64,000 bases of DNA from an uncultured Acidimicrobiia bacterium (GTDB lineage: Bacteria > Actinomycetota > Acidimicrobiia > Acidimicrobiales > AC-14): NCBI GenBank assembly GCA_963836205.1, contig CAWIIV010000024.1:96001-160000 (forward strand). Reading direction: 5' to 3'. The first letter of the stretch is position 1; each line of letters begins with the position of its first letter. Below, one piece after another: positions 52,519 to 62,900 of the stretch. The notes under the pieces were generated by a model. The model was not told the DNA's origin, did not search any database, and saw only the letters and a program-made list of their open reading frames with translations. The position numbers were made by a program, and so were the translations under genes.

Positions 52519-55500
52519 TCACTTCCGCAGCGCCATCCGGTGGGCGACCGACGCCGCCTCGACCCGGCTGACGACGTTGAGCTTGGCCAGGATGTGGGAG
52601 ACGTGGACGCTCGCCGTCTTCTCGCTGATGAAGAGGGTGTTGGCGATCTGGCGGTTCGACGCCCCCTCGGCGATGAGGTCGAGCACCTCCCGCTCGCGGG
52701 ACGTGAGGCCGAAGGGGGCGGGTTCGGCCGGCGCGGCGGCGGCGGCCCCCGACCCGTCCCCGGCCGCGTCGTCCGCCGGCGACTCGACCACCGCGATCCG
52801 AGCCCGGGTCGCCAGCTGCTCGATCTCGGCCTGGAACGGCGCCGCGCCCAGAGCCACGGCTGTGGCGTGGGCCGACCGGAGCAGGCGGGTGGCGACGGCC
52901 ACCCCTCCGCCCTCCCGCAGGTAGAGGGTCGCCTCCGCCCCCCGGTAGCGGGCGTAGGCCGCCGGATAGGGCTGGCCCACCGCGTCCCACGCGGCGGCGG
53001 CGTCGACCCACAGGTGGGGGGCGGGGGTGCCCTCCACCCGGGCGTGCTCGGCCGTCGCCAGCCGCTGGTAGGCGTCGATGATGCCGGCGTAGGCGAAGGG
53101 CAACAGCGACGACGCCGCCACCATCTGGGCCATGTCGGACATCAGGTCGGCGGCGGTTGCCAGGGCCGACGCCAGTTCCACCGGCGAGTGCCGCGCCCGC
53201 GCCCGCTCGGCCCGGTCGCCGTGGGCCCGCAGGCCGTGCCAAAGGAGCGGGGCCCCGAACCAGGGGTTGTCGGTGCCGCCCAGCGCCTTCAGCCCGTCCT
53301 CCACCGCGTCGCAGGCCTTGTCGAGGTCGCCCTGCCACATGGCCAGCCCCGCGGTGAGGGTGCTCAGCGGCGCCCGGTACTGGGGCGCGAGGGCCCGGGC
53401 CGACAGCGCCCGGGCGGTGTCGAGGTCGGCGGCGGCGTCGGCGAACCGGCCCCGTCCCACCGACATCCGGCCCCGGGCCAGGTACAGGTCGATGGCCGCC
53501 GTCCCGCTCGGCCGCAGGGCCATGGCCTCGTCGAGCAGAGCGTCGGCCTCGTCCCACCGCCCGAGCCGGAACAGACCGTTGGCTGCCGCCGCCAGCAGGG
53601 ACACGCCGTGGACCCGGTCGATGCCCAGGGAGCGGACCCGTCGCAGGCCCTGGGTGGCGGTGGCGACGGCCTCGTCGACCCGGTTGAGGGGACCGGACAG
53701 CAGCTCCGACAGGCTGAGATAGGCGCGGCCGACGTCGTCCGGGCGCCCGTCGTCCTCGAGGATGCGGATGGCCTCCCGGAGGTGGGCGATGCCGCTCTCG
53801 TCCTCCCCGAGCAGGACCAGGTCGGCGCCCAGGGTGGCCAGGGCCTGGCCCTCGTAGGGGCGGGAGTCGAGGCTGCGGGCCAGGGCCACCGCCTCCTCGG
53901 CCTGGACCCGCGACTCGCGGTACCGGCCCGCGAGCATGAGCGCCTGGGCCACCGACGCCACCACCCGGGCCCGTTCCGCCACCTGGCCCGCCCCCGCGCC
54001 CACCAGGGCGACCGCCTCCTCGTAGGCCACGAGCGCGGACTCGGTCTCGCCCGCGGCCCACAGGTAGCGGCCGAGGGACTCCTGGAGCAGGCCGGCCGCC
54101 ACCGGGTCGACGGTGGGGTCGACGCCGGACAGGGCCTTGCCGACGAGGATGCGAGCCCGGTCGTCGTCGCCCGCCAGGTGGGCGGCTTCGGCGGCCCGGG
54201 CCCGCAGCGTGGTGCGGTCGCAGCCGGCGAGACGTTCGGGATCGCGGGCCCGGCTCCAGAGTTGAAGGGCCCGCTCATAGTGGCTCTGGGCTTCGGCGAA
54301 GCCGTGCAGGCCCTGGGCGACGACCGCGGCCTCGACCGCGGCCGGCACCGCCCGGTCGGCGTTTTGGGCCGCGTACCAGTGGTAGGCCACCTCGGCCACG
54401 TGCTCGCCGGGGCTGTCGGCCAGCTCGGGGTGGAGGCTGAGCGCTTCCGCGTAGCAGGCATGGAGGCGGGCCCGTTCCTCGAACAGCAGCTCGCCGTAGG
54501 CCACCTCCCGCTGCAGGGCGTGGCGGAAGCGGTAGGTGCGGCGGTCGGAGTCGAACACCAGGAGCTGGTGGTCGATTGCTTCCCGGAGAGCGTCGTCGAG
54601 GGCGTCGTCGGCGATGCCGGTGGCCGCTCCCACCAGCCAGTGGGCCACCTCCCCGCCACCGACCGCGGCGGCCCGCAACAACCGCTGCGACGCGGGCGAG
54701 ACCACGCCCAGGCGGGCGGTGAGCATGTCGTGCAGTGTCAGGGGCAGACCCTGCTCGTCGCCCTGCTCGGCGGTGGCGAGCAGCTCTTCGGCGTGGAACG
54801 GGTTGCCTTCGCTTCGGCGCCAGATGGCGTCGACCAGCTCGGGCCGGGGCGGCTCGCCCCGGATGCCGGTGAGCTGCGCCACCAGCTCGTCGCGGTCGAA
54901 GCGGCCGAGCTCGAAGCGGTCGACCCGACCCCGCCGGTAGAGCTCGGCCAGGTACCGCCGGAGGGGATGCCGGCTGGGCAGCTCGTCGCTGCGATAGGTG
55001 ACGACCACGAGCACCGGTTCGTTCATGAGGTTGACGAGGAGGAAGGTGAGCAGGTCGCGGGTGGAGCTGTCGGCCCAGTGGGCGTCCTCCACCACCAGCA
55101 GCACGGGCGCCCGCTCCCCGAGCCGGCCGAGGACGTCACGCACCGTCTCGAACAGCCGCGCCCGCGACGTCGGCCCCGCGGGGCCGCTGTCCTCCTCCGG
55201 CTCGAGCGTCCGCCGCAGCTCGGGGACGAGGCGGGCGATCTCATGGGCGCCCGGCCCGAGCACGTCGGCCCGTTCGGAGCCCGAGGTGGCCCGCATGAGG
55301 TTGCGGAGGGCCTCCGCGATCGGGCTGTACGGCAGCCCGTCCTCGGTGGCCTCGATGCAGCTCCCGACGAGGACCCACGCCCCCGCCGCGGAGGCACGGC
55401 GGGCGAGCTCGCCGACCAACCGGCTCTTGCCCACGCCCGCCTCGCCGCCGACGATGACCGCGTTGGGCTCCCCCGCCGCGGCTCGGTCGAGGGCGGCCGA

Positions 55501-55560
55501 GAGCTGTTCCAATTCCTGCGTCCGCCCGAGGAACGGTGCGCTGAGGACTCGGCCAGGCAC
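52519..55560 (-). CDS. LAL-type regulator (AAA ATPase, helical repeats, LuxR HTH)
   Basis: GEAGVGKS, VVEDAHWAD, GNPF, LTSREREVL...SNRQIA...HVSHILAKL. Confidence 0.92.
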   Translation of the reverse strand: MPGRVLSAPFLGRTQELEQLSAALDRAAAGEPNAVIVGGEAGVGKSRLVGELARRASAAGAWVLVGSCIEATEDGLPYSPIAEALRNLMRATSGSERADVLGPGAHEIARLVPELRRTLEPEEDSGPAGPTSRARLFETVRDVLGRLGERAPVLLVVEDAHWADSSTRDLLTFLLVNLMNEPVLVVVTYRSDELPSRHPLRRYLAELYRRGRVDRFELGRFDRDELVAQLTGIRGEPPRPELVDAIWRRSEGNPFHAEELLATAEQGDEQGLPLTLHDMLTARLGVVSPASQRLLRAAAVGGGEVAHWLVGAATGIADDALDDALREAIDHQLLVFDSDRRTYRFRHALQREVAYGELLFEERARLHACYAEALSLHPELADSPGEHVAEVAYHWYAAQNADRAVPAAVEAAVVAQGLHGFAEAQSHYERALQLWSRARDPERLAGCDRTTLRARAAEAAHLAGDDDRARILVGKALSGVDPTVDPVAAGLLQESLGRYLWAAGETESALVAYEEAVALVGAGAGQVAERARVVASVAQALMLAGRYRESRVQAEEAVALARSLDSRPYEGQALATLGADLVLLGEDESGIAHLREAIRILEDDGRPDDVGRAYLSLSELLSGPLNRVDEAVATATQGLRRVRSLGIDRVHGVSLLAAAANGLFRLGRWDEADALLDEAMALRPSGTAAIDLYLARGRMSVGRGRFADAAADLDTARALSARALAPQYRAPLSTLTAGLAMWQGDLDKACDAVEDGLKALGGTDNPWFGAPLLWHGLRAHGDRAERARARHSPVELASALATAADLMSDMAQMVAASSLLPFAYAGIIDAYQRLATAEHARVEGTPAPHLWVDAAAAWDAVGQPYPAAYARYRGAEATLYLREGGGVAVATRLLRSAHATAVALGAAPFQAEIEQLATRARIAVVESPADDAAGDGSGAAAAAPAEPAPFGLTSREREVLDLIAEGASNRQIANTLFISEKTASVHVSHILAKLNVVSRVEAASVAHRMALRK

Positions 55561-55621
55561 GATGCCAGTATTGCCGGAAAGCGGTGGCGCGAAGCCGGGC
55601 GCCTCGCTAGCGTGCCCGCCC

Positions 55622-56362
55622 ATGACAACTACGGCGGATGTTGTGGAGCATGTGGGTACGATCGCGGAAGCGCTCGACCGCATGGCGGAGATCGGCGTGT
55701 TGGTGGAGTTCGACCCGGACGACCCCGGGCCTCCCGGGTCCCAGGACGGGCTGGTGTGCTTCAACCACCTCTACACCAAGGTCACCAAAAGGGTCGACGA
55801 TCTGGTGAACGAAGGCGGGTTCGGCGACGGCAAGTTCATGACCGCCCTCGACGTGGCCTTCGCCAACCGCTACTTCGAGGCGATCGCGGCGTGGGAGGCC
55901 CGGCGGGTCGACGACCTGCCTCGGGTCTGGGGGGTGCTGCTCGACCGTCGGGACGTGCCCGACATCGCGTCGATCCAGTTCGCGGCGGCGGGCGTCAACG
56001 CCCACATCAACCTCGACCTCGCGATCGCACTGGTGCACACCTGCAACCAGCTCGGAGTCCCCCTCGGCGCCGGTGACCAGCGGGCGGAGTACGAGAAGAT
56101 CAACGAGATCTTCGGCGACCTGTTCGCGATCTTCCGGGCGGAGTTCACCCAGGGTCGCTACGAGCACATTGACCAAGGCAAGGTCGAGCGCCATCTCGAC
56201 CGCGTCAGCCACTTCGTCGTCGACAAGGCCCGGGACGTGGCGTGGGAGAGCGCGGAGGAGATCTTCGAGCAGATGGAGCGCAGCAAGCGGCGCGCCGACC
56301 GGTTCACCAACCGGCTCGACACCATCTTCGGGTTCGCGGCGCGTGGACTGCTGATCCGCTGA
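55622..56362 (+). CDS. DUF5995-like protein
   Basis: DGLVCFNHLY, LDVAFANRYF, GVNAHINLDL. Confidence 0.75.
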   Translation: MTTTADVVEHVGTIAEALDRMAEIGVLVEFDPDDPGPPGSQDGLVCFNHLYTKVTKRVDDLVNEGGFGDGKFMTALDVAFANRYFEAIAAWEARRVDDLPRVWGVLLDRRDVPDIASIQFAAAGVNAHINLDLAIALVHTCNQLGVPLGAGDQRAEYEKINEIFGDLFAIFRAEFTQGRYEHIDQGKVERHLDRVSHFVVDKARDVAWESAEEIFEQMERSKRRADRFTNRLDTIFGFAARGLLIR

Positions 56363-56685
56363 CCCTCCTGGGGTCCTAGCCCCTCCGTTAGCTTCGGCGC
56401 AGGCCATTCCGGTCGATGCCGGCGGGCAGAACCGGCCTCCTTCGAGCCAGGCGTCGAGGTCGCCGTGGGCGTGGTGGGCGGTGCCATGGATCCCACGGAG
56501 CCGGGTGGCGCGCCCACACCGGCCGCCGACGAGCGAATGGCGCGAGTGGTCCCTGCCGGGGCCCAGTAGCGCCGCTCGTTCGGAGAACCGGCGCCGCCCT
56601 GCGCCGAGCGAATGCCACGAGTACCCCCTCTGAAGCGGGGTCGTGGCGAACGCTCGGCCCATGCCACTCGCTCGCCCCGCGACCC

Positions 56686-57468
56686 CTACTTGCCCTTCTT
56701 GACCGCGGCCAGGCTTGCTTCCAGCGCGGCCATGAGGTCGACGACCTTCGGCGCGTCGTCGGCGGCTTCCTCGACCACGATCTCCTGGCCGGCGGCCTTC
56801 TGCTCGATGAGCTGGAGGACGCGCTCCCGGTAGTCGTCCTTGTACTTGTCGGGGTCGAAGTCGGTGGTGAGGGAGTCGATGAGCTGGCGGGCCATCTTCT
56901 CCTCCCGCTCGGTGACTTCGATCTCGTCGCCGGGGACGTCGAGCTCGTCGAGCGGGTTGACCTCGTCCGGGTAGAGCATCGTCTCCAGCACGAGGGCCCG
57001 GCCCAGGGGCCGGATGGCGGCCAGGTACTGCTTGGTGCGCAGGACGACCCGGGCGATCCCGACCTTGTTGGTCTCCTGCATCGCCCGGCGCAGCAGGACG
57101 TAGGCCTTGGCCCCGCCCTTGTCGGGCGCCAGGTAGTACGGGTGGTCGTAGTAGATGGGGTCGATCTGGTCGAGGTCGACGAAATCCTCGATGTCGATCG
57201 ACCGGGTGGCCTTGGGGTCGAGGGCGTTGAGCTCCTCGGGCGAGATCATCACGTAGGTGTCGGGGCCCAGCTCGTAGCCCTTGACGATGTCCTCGTAGGG
57301 GACCTCTTCGCCGGTGGCGGCCGACACCCGCTTCTGCTTCACCCGCGACTTGCTCTTGGCGTCGATCTGGTGGAACCGGACGTCCTTGGGGGACACCGCG
57401 CTGTAGAGCTTCACCGGCACGTTCACCAGCCCGAAGCTGATGGCGCCGGACCACATCGAACGGGCCAC
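56686..57468 (-). CDS. ku: NHEJ Ku protein
   Basis: WSGAISFGLVNVPVKLY, IVKGYE, VVDLMAALEASL. Confidence 0.95.
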   Translation of the reverse strand: MARSMWSGAISFGLVNVPVKLYSAVSPKDVRFHQIDAKSKSRVKQKRVSAATGEEVPYEDIVKGYELGPDTYVMISPEELNALDPKATRSIDIEDFVDLDQIDPIYYDHPYYLAPDKGGAKAYVLLRRAMQETNKVGIARVVLRTKQYLAAIRPLGRALVLETMLYPDEVNPLDELDVPGDEIEVTEREEKMARQLIDSLTTDFDPDKYKDDYRERVLQLIEQKAAGQEIVVEEAADDAPKVVDLMAALEASLAAVKKGK

Positions 57469-57496
57469 GGTTACCTCCTGCCCACAGATCGTAGGG

Positions 57497-58924
57497 TCAA
57501 CCGTTCTCCTTCGGAGTCATACGGCGGATCGCGTCCAACGCCCGGGCCAAGGCCTCCGGTGAGTCGGCGCCGCCCACCACCGTCCCGCCCTCGCCGACCT
57601 CCTCGACGTCCTGGTCGACGCGGACGCTGTCGCCACCCACAACGCCGATGATCGTCCCGTCCACGCGGTCGGCGTCCTGGTCGACGGCGACGGCCCCGGT
57701 CGCCCCCGGCTCGACCACGGCGCCCAGGACGAGGCCGCCGGCGGACACGTTGCCGACCCGCTGGCGGTAGAGGCGGGCCGATCCCGCCACCGCCTCCTCC
57801 CGGGCGGCCCGCGCCGAAACCGGCTCGAACAGCCGACCGCCGTGATCCCGCAGGTAGAGGACGGGGACGGCCCAGTCGCGGTCGTCGGCGTGGTCGCCGG
57901 TGGACACGGTGCGGATGGCGGTGCGGCCGAGGGCGACGGCCTCGTCGACGGTGAGTCCCGCCACCAATGCCCGGTAGAGGCCGCCGGCGAAGGCGGCCGC
58001 CCGCCGGTCGCCGATGGTGAACTGCATGGCGACCACCGCGGGGACGCCCCGCTGGACGAGGGCCGCCGCCGCACCCGCCCATACGTTGTGGTCGTCGCGA
58101 CGGCCGGTGTCGCAGGCGCCGAGGACTGCCAGGCGGACGCCCTTGGCCTGCACCATCTCCGCCACCCGCGCCGCCGGGACCACCTCGGCCGGGCCGCCGG
58201 CACCGCCGCCCCCCGCGAACACCAGCCCCCCGTCGGGGGTGCCGTGGCCGGCGAAGTGGAACACGTCCGCCCCCGCCGCCAGCGCCTCCAGCACCGAGGC
58301 CTGCCCGGCGTCGGCCACGAAGTCGGCGGTGACGCCGGCCACGCCGTCGAGGGCGGCGGCCAGGGCCTCCCGCTCGGCGGCCAGCGAGGGCAGGGGCGGG
58401 TACCCCTCGGGACTGGCGGTCGCCACCACCACCCGTCGACCGGCGGCCGCCTCGGCCGGCGCAGGCAACGGCGTGGCCACCGCCTGGTGGCGGACGATCG
58501 AGATCCGGGGGTCGAGGGCCAGGAACCCGGTCGCGTCGGGCTCGCCCGTGTGCCGGGCGACCCATGCCAGCTCCCAGGGGACGTCGGCCAGCTCGTCGGC
58601 CAGCCGGAGGCGGACCCGGAGGCCCTCGTCGTCGGCCAGCCGGGCCAGGCTGGCGTCGAACAGGCGCCGGGCACCGTCGGGGAGGAGCAGGCCGCCGAGG
58701 ATCGCGCCCAGCTCGATCTGGGCCCCGAGGTCGTCGTCGATCTGGCGGCGGTCGAGCCAGCCGATGCGAGGGGCGAGGTCGGCGGGCATCTTCACCCGCT
58801 CCTCGCGCTCGCCCTCGCCCGCGGGCGACTCGAACACCCGCACCCCGAAGGAGGCGATCAGCCCCTTCCGCCGCTTCACCTGGTCGGCGAGGACGACGAA
58901 GTCGAGGTAGCGGGTCAGCGGCAT
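57497..58924 (-). CDS. CHAT (caspase-like) domain protein with C-terminal QxVxxVxxGGxVVG repeats
   Basis: VPWE, HFAGHG (His), LGACDTG (Cys), VVAMQF, DWAVPVLY. Confidence 0.88.
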   Translation of the reverse strand: MPLTRYLDFVVLADQVKRRKGLIASFGVRVFESPAGEGEREERVKMPADLAPRIGWLDRRQIDDDLGAQIELGAILGGLLLPDGARRLFDASLARLADDEGLRVRLRLADELADVPWELAWVARHTGEPDATGFLALDPRISIVRHQAVATPLPAPAEAAAGRRVVVATASPEGYPPLPSLAAEREALAAALDGVAGVTADFVADAGQASVLEALAAGADVFHFAGHGTPDGGLVFAGGGGAGGPAEVVPAARVAEMVQAKGVRLAVLGACDTGRRDDHNVWAGAAAALVQRGVPAVVAMQFTIGDRRAAAFAGGLYRALVAGLTVDEAVALGRTAIRTVSTGDHADDRDWAVPVLYLRDHGGRLFEPVSARAAREEAVAGSARLYRQRVGNVSAGGLVLGAVVEPGATGAVAVDQDADRVDGTIIGVVGGDSVRVDQDVEEVGEGGTVVGGADSPEALARALDAIRRMTPKENG

Positions 58925-59967
58925 CGGGCCCGAACCCATCGACCGACGTCGGGCAGCCACCCGAGGGCCGCCAGGGGGGCGACGAAGCCGACCACCATGA
59001 CCACGCGGAACCCGGGCCGCAGCCATGGGAGCAGCAGTGCCACCGGCAGGGCCATGAGCAGGAGCAGGTGGAGGGTGCCCGCCAGCCGCAGTGACTCCGG
59101 CTCGCCGCCGGCAGCCACCGCGCCCGACAACGCCCAGCCCCCGGCCGCGCCCAGCCCGAGCACGGCCAGCAACGTCGCCGCCCGGGCCCCGAAACCGTAT
59201 GCGAGCCCGCCTCCGGCCCACGCCCCCACGACCAGCGCCACCAGCCCGACGTGGAGCACCCACGCGTAGACCACCGTCAGCTGCGGGAGTGAGATCCGCC
59301 CGTCGTCATCGGCCCGGGCGCCCATGGCGATGGCGGTCGACCAGGCCCCGCAGCGGGCGTCGTTGGCCAGATCGCGAAGCCCGCCGTGGACCCCGTTGGC
59401 GAGCACGATGAACACCGTCCAGAAGGCGAACAGCCACCACGTGAGCGCCGTCCACGGCCCCCGGACGGCGGCCCCGTAGAGGAACAACGACGCCCACCCC
59501 AGGCCCTGGGCCACGTCGAGCAGCCACGGCACGGGCGAGCGCTTGCCCCACCCGTCGTAGACGGCCATGAGGGCGAAGGCCACCACCAGGGCGGCCAACG
59601 CCCGTCCGCCCCCGTCCCCCGAGGCCACCGCCACCGCCAGGCTCGCCGCCGCCCCGGCCAACGCCAGCGCCAGCGCCACCCCTGGACCGACCGAGCCCCG
59701 CACGAGGGGGCTGACCGCCCGGCGGGGCTCGTGGCGGTCGATGGGCAGGTCGACCACGTCGTTGAGCAGGTAGGCGAACAGGTGGTAGCCGAGGGCGACC
59801 GCCACCAGCACGCCGGCCGTCCCCCACGGCAACGACGGCGACACCGACGCCGCCCCCAGCAGGGGCATGGCGAGCGTGCCGCCGAGGGCCGACAGCCGCA
59901 CGAACAGCCCGAGCGCCTGCAACCGCCGGTGGCGGCGCACCACCGGCGCCCACGTGGTCCGGGTCAC
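58915..59967 (-). CDS. UbiA-family prenyltransferase
   Basis: NDVVDLPID, SPLVRG, second Asp motif RDLAND; about 9 TM segments. Confidence 0.85.
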   Translation of the reverse strand: MTRTTWAPVVRRHRRLQALGLFVRLSALGGTLAMPLLGAASVSPSLPWGTAGVLVAVALGYHLFAYLLNDVVDLPIDRHEPRRAVSPLVRGSVGPGVALALALAGAAASLAVAVASGDGGGRALAALVVAFALMAVYDGWGKRSPVPWLLDVAQGLGWASLFLYGAAVRGPWTALTWWLFAFWTVFIVLANGVHGGLRDLANDARCGAWSTAIAMGARADDDGRISLPQLTVVYAWVLHVGLVALVVGAWAGGGLAYGFGARAATLLAVLGLGAAGGWALSGAVAAGGEPESLRLAGTLHLLLLMALPVALLLPWLRPGFRVVMVVGFVAPLAALGWLPDVGRWVRARCR

Positions 59968-62900
59968 GCGTCGGTCCACCGTTCGAGGCGGTAGTCGGCC
60001 TTCCGCAGCATGTCCAGCGGGCCGGGCGTGATCTTGCGCACGAAGGCTTTGGCGTCCTTGGCCGTGGCCAGGGCGCCCAGGATCCCGGTCAGCAGCCCGA
60101 CCCGCATCTTGGGATGGAACAGCGCCTGGTGGACCCCGTTGTTGTAGAACCCGACCCACACCACGTAGCGCCGCACCACCTCCACGTCGCCCCGCTGGGC
60201 CACCAGCAGCCGCAGCCGGTCGGGGGCGCCGACGTCGCGCAGGAACAGGTCGACGGTGTCGGGGTGGAGGACTCTCATGGTGGCCAGGGTGGTGGCCAGG
60301 CTGTCCTCCACGGCCGGGTCGAGCAGCTGGGGGACCGACTCCCGCAACGTCTCCAGCACCGCCTGGGGATACGAGAAGCCGACCGGCGCCAGCCCCCGGA
60401 TGACCCGGTCGAGCAGGGCCGGATCGCCCCCGGCAGCCGCGCCCGACAGGAGCGTCCCCAGGTAGGTCATGGGCCCGCCCCGCTTGCCGTAGGCCAGCCC
60501 GAGGGGGAGGAGGTCGATCTCGAACGGGACGCTCGTCCCCCCGTCGGCGGCGAGGAACGCGGGCCGGTTCTCGTCCACGAACGTACGGGTGAGGTCCTCC
60601 AGCAACCCGACCCACCCGGTCGGTGCCTTCTCCACCAGCACCGCGAACGCCCACAGCGCCCACCGCCGCCCGTTGTCGTCGAGCCGGTCGAACAGCCCCC
60701 GGACGAAGGCGTCGGTGCCCGCGGGGTCGTGGAACGAGTGGATGGCAATCACCATCCCGCCCACCATCCGGGTCTGGGAGAAGGGCGACTGGAGGAGGGC
60801 GGCCAGGTCGTCGGCCCGAGCCCCCACGTCGGTGGCGGGGTCGACGAGCGGGACGACCCGGCCGATGGCCTTCCGGTCCGACGCGAAGAACCGGCGGGCC
60901 TCGTCGGGGCTGCTGAACAGGAACGTCTCCAGCAGGCGCTTCGCGTAGACCTGGGCCACCAACGGGGTGGCCACCTTCACCAGCGCCTTCACGTTCAGCA
61001 GGTGGAGCTTGAGCCGGTTGCGCAGCACCTCGTGCCAGAGGGCACTGGTCTGGGCCACCACGTCGGCCCGGTCGGGGTGGTTGACGTAGATCAGGATCGA
61101 CAGCCCGGCCAGGAAGTCGAGGACCAGGCGGTCGTTCTTGCGGAGGATCTGGCCGCTGATGGTGACCGTCGACGCCAGGTCGGTGAGGAGCTGCACCGGC
61201 AGGCAGCCGGGGTCGTCCGGCCGCCAGCGGAGGTAGGCGTAGAGGCAGGCCGCCTGGCGCACGACGTCGCGGCTGTCGACCGCCGCCCGCCGGAACACGT
61301 CGAGCGCCCCCGCGGCGGCGGCCGCCTTGAGGGCCACGTTCCAGGCGTCGGCCGATTGGGTGGCCAGCAGGCGGAGCATGGTGTCGAGCGCCCGCCGCCC
61401 GTTCGCCCCCCCGTCCTTGGCCGCCAGCTGCACCAGGGCCTCGGTGGCCAGGCCCCGCAGCTCGACCTCGGCTGCCACCGCCATCGTCTCCACCAGCCCC
61501 ACCAGCCGGTCCGGCCCACCGGGCGGGGGCGGGGCCAGGCCCACCTCGACCGCGGTGCGGACGTCGTCGTAGATCGCCGCCGGGCCGCCGGGCGCCTCCT
61601 GCTGGCGGGCCCGGAACCCGGGGTCGAGCACGACGTCGAACAGCTCGCCGGTGCGGGTGGCCCGGTCGGCGGGCCGGTCGAGGGCGCCCAGGCTGGCGGC
61701 CATGTGGCGGACGAGGTTGCGCAGGCAGTAGCCGTCGTCGCAGTTGGCCCAGTCACCACCCCACAGGTCGGCCCGCGCCCGCTGGTAGTGGCGGACGATG
61801 CGGTCGTGCTGCTTGGGCGGGGCCACGTAGAAGCGGTTGTCGGAGCCGCGGTCGTCGATGTAGCGGGTGGCCAGGAAGTCGGCCAGCGACCGGTGGTAGA
61901 GCCGCCACCCGCCGCCGCTGCCTCCACCTCCGGCGGTGCCGCCCTCGGGGGTCGGCTCCCACTCGGTGACCTGCTCCACCGATTGGAGGAAGCGGCTGAG
62001 GTCGTCGTCCTCCCACTCCAGCCAGCCCAGGAGGCGGTCGGCGGGGGCAGCCGGCAGGGCCACGCTGATGCTGCCCAGCAGGGGCTGGTAGCGCTCGCCC
62101 CAGGCTGGGCCCCGGTCGCGGTCGTCGAAGCCGGGGACGATGCGCTGGAGGTACTGGCGGTAGAGGTCGAACAGGCCGGTGGGCAGGTCGGCGGTGTCGG
62201 TGAGGGGACGGGTGCCCTTGGCCAGCTCGTCGAGCAGGAAGTCGATGAACAGGAAGTTCCCGGCCGCCTGCCGGGCCAGGCGCTCGACCACCGAGTCGAC
62301 GGTGGCCGGCGCCTCGATGCGGGCGGCCAGGCCGTCGGCGTCCAGCCGGGTGCGCACGAACCGGCGGACGTCGGCCTCGTTCGCCACCGCCCCGTCGCCG
62401 GAGGAGAGGTCGAGGTGGCGGACGTCGCCCCCGAACCCGTCCGTCAGCCGGGTCACGAGGGCCCGCTCGTTGCGGCTCGTGACCAGGAAGCGGACGTTGC
62501 CGGGCAGGCTGCCGGAGCGGGCCAGGAGCGACACGACCGTGGGCTCGGGGCCGCCGAACGCCTCGTCCACCCCGTCCACCAGGACGGCGAAGGTGCGGTC
62601 GGGGTGGGCCTCGGCCATGGTCCGCAGCGGCTCCACCACCCCCTGGGCGTAGCGGTCGCGGGCGTCGGGGATCTTGACGTCGAGGTCACCCACATGGCCG
62701 ACGACGGTGCCCTGGTTGACGCCCACCTCCTGGTGGACGAGCTCGGGCAGGTTGACCCGGAGGAAGGCGTCGGCGAACTCGGGGTGGCGGGCGGACAGTT
62801 GGTTGACCAGGCTGGTGACGAACCAAGCGGGGGTGATGTCGGCCCCGTCCTGGCCCCTGGTCATGCAGAAGCAGGCGGCCGACCACCCCGCCCGCACCCC

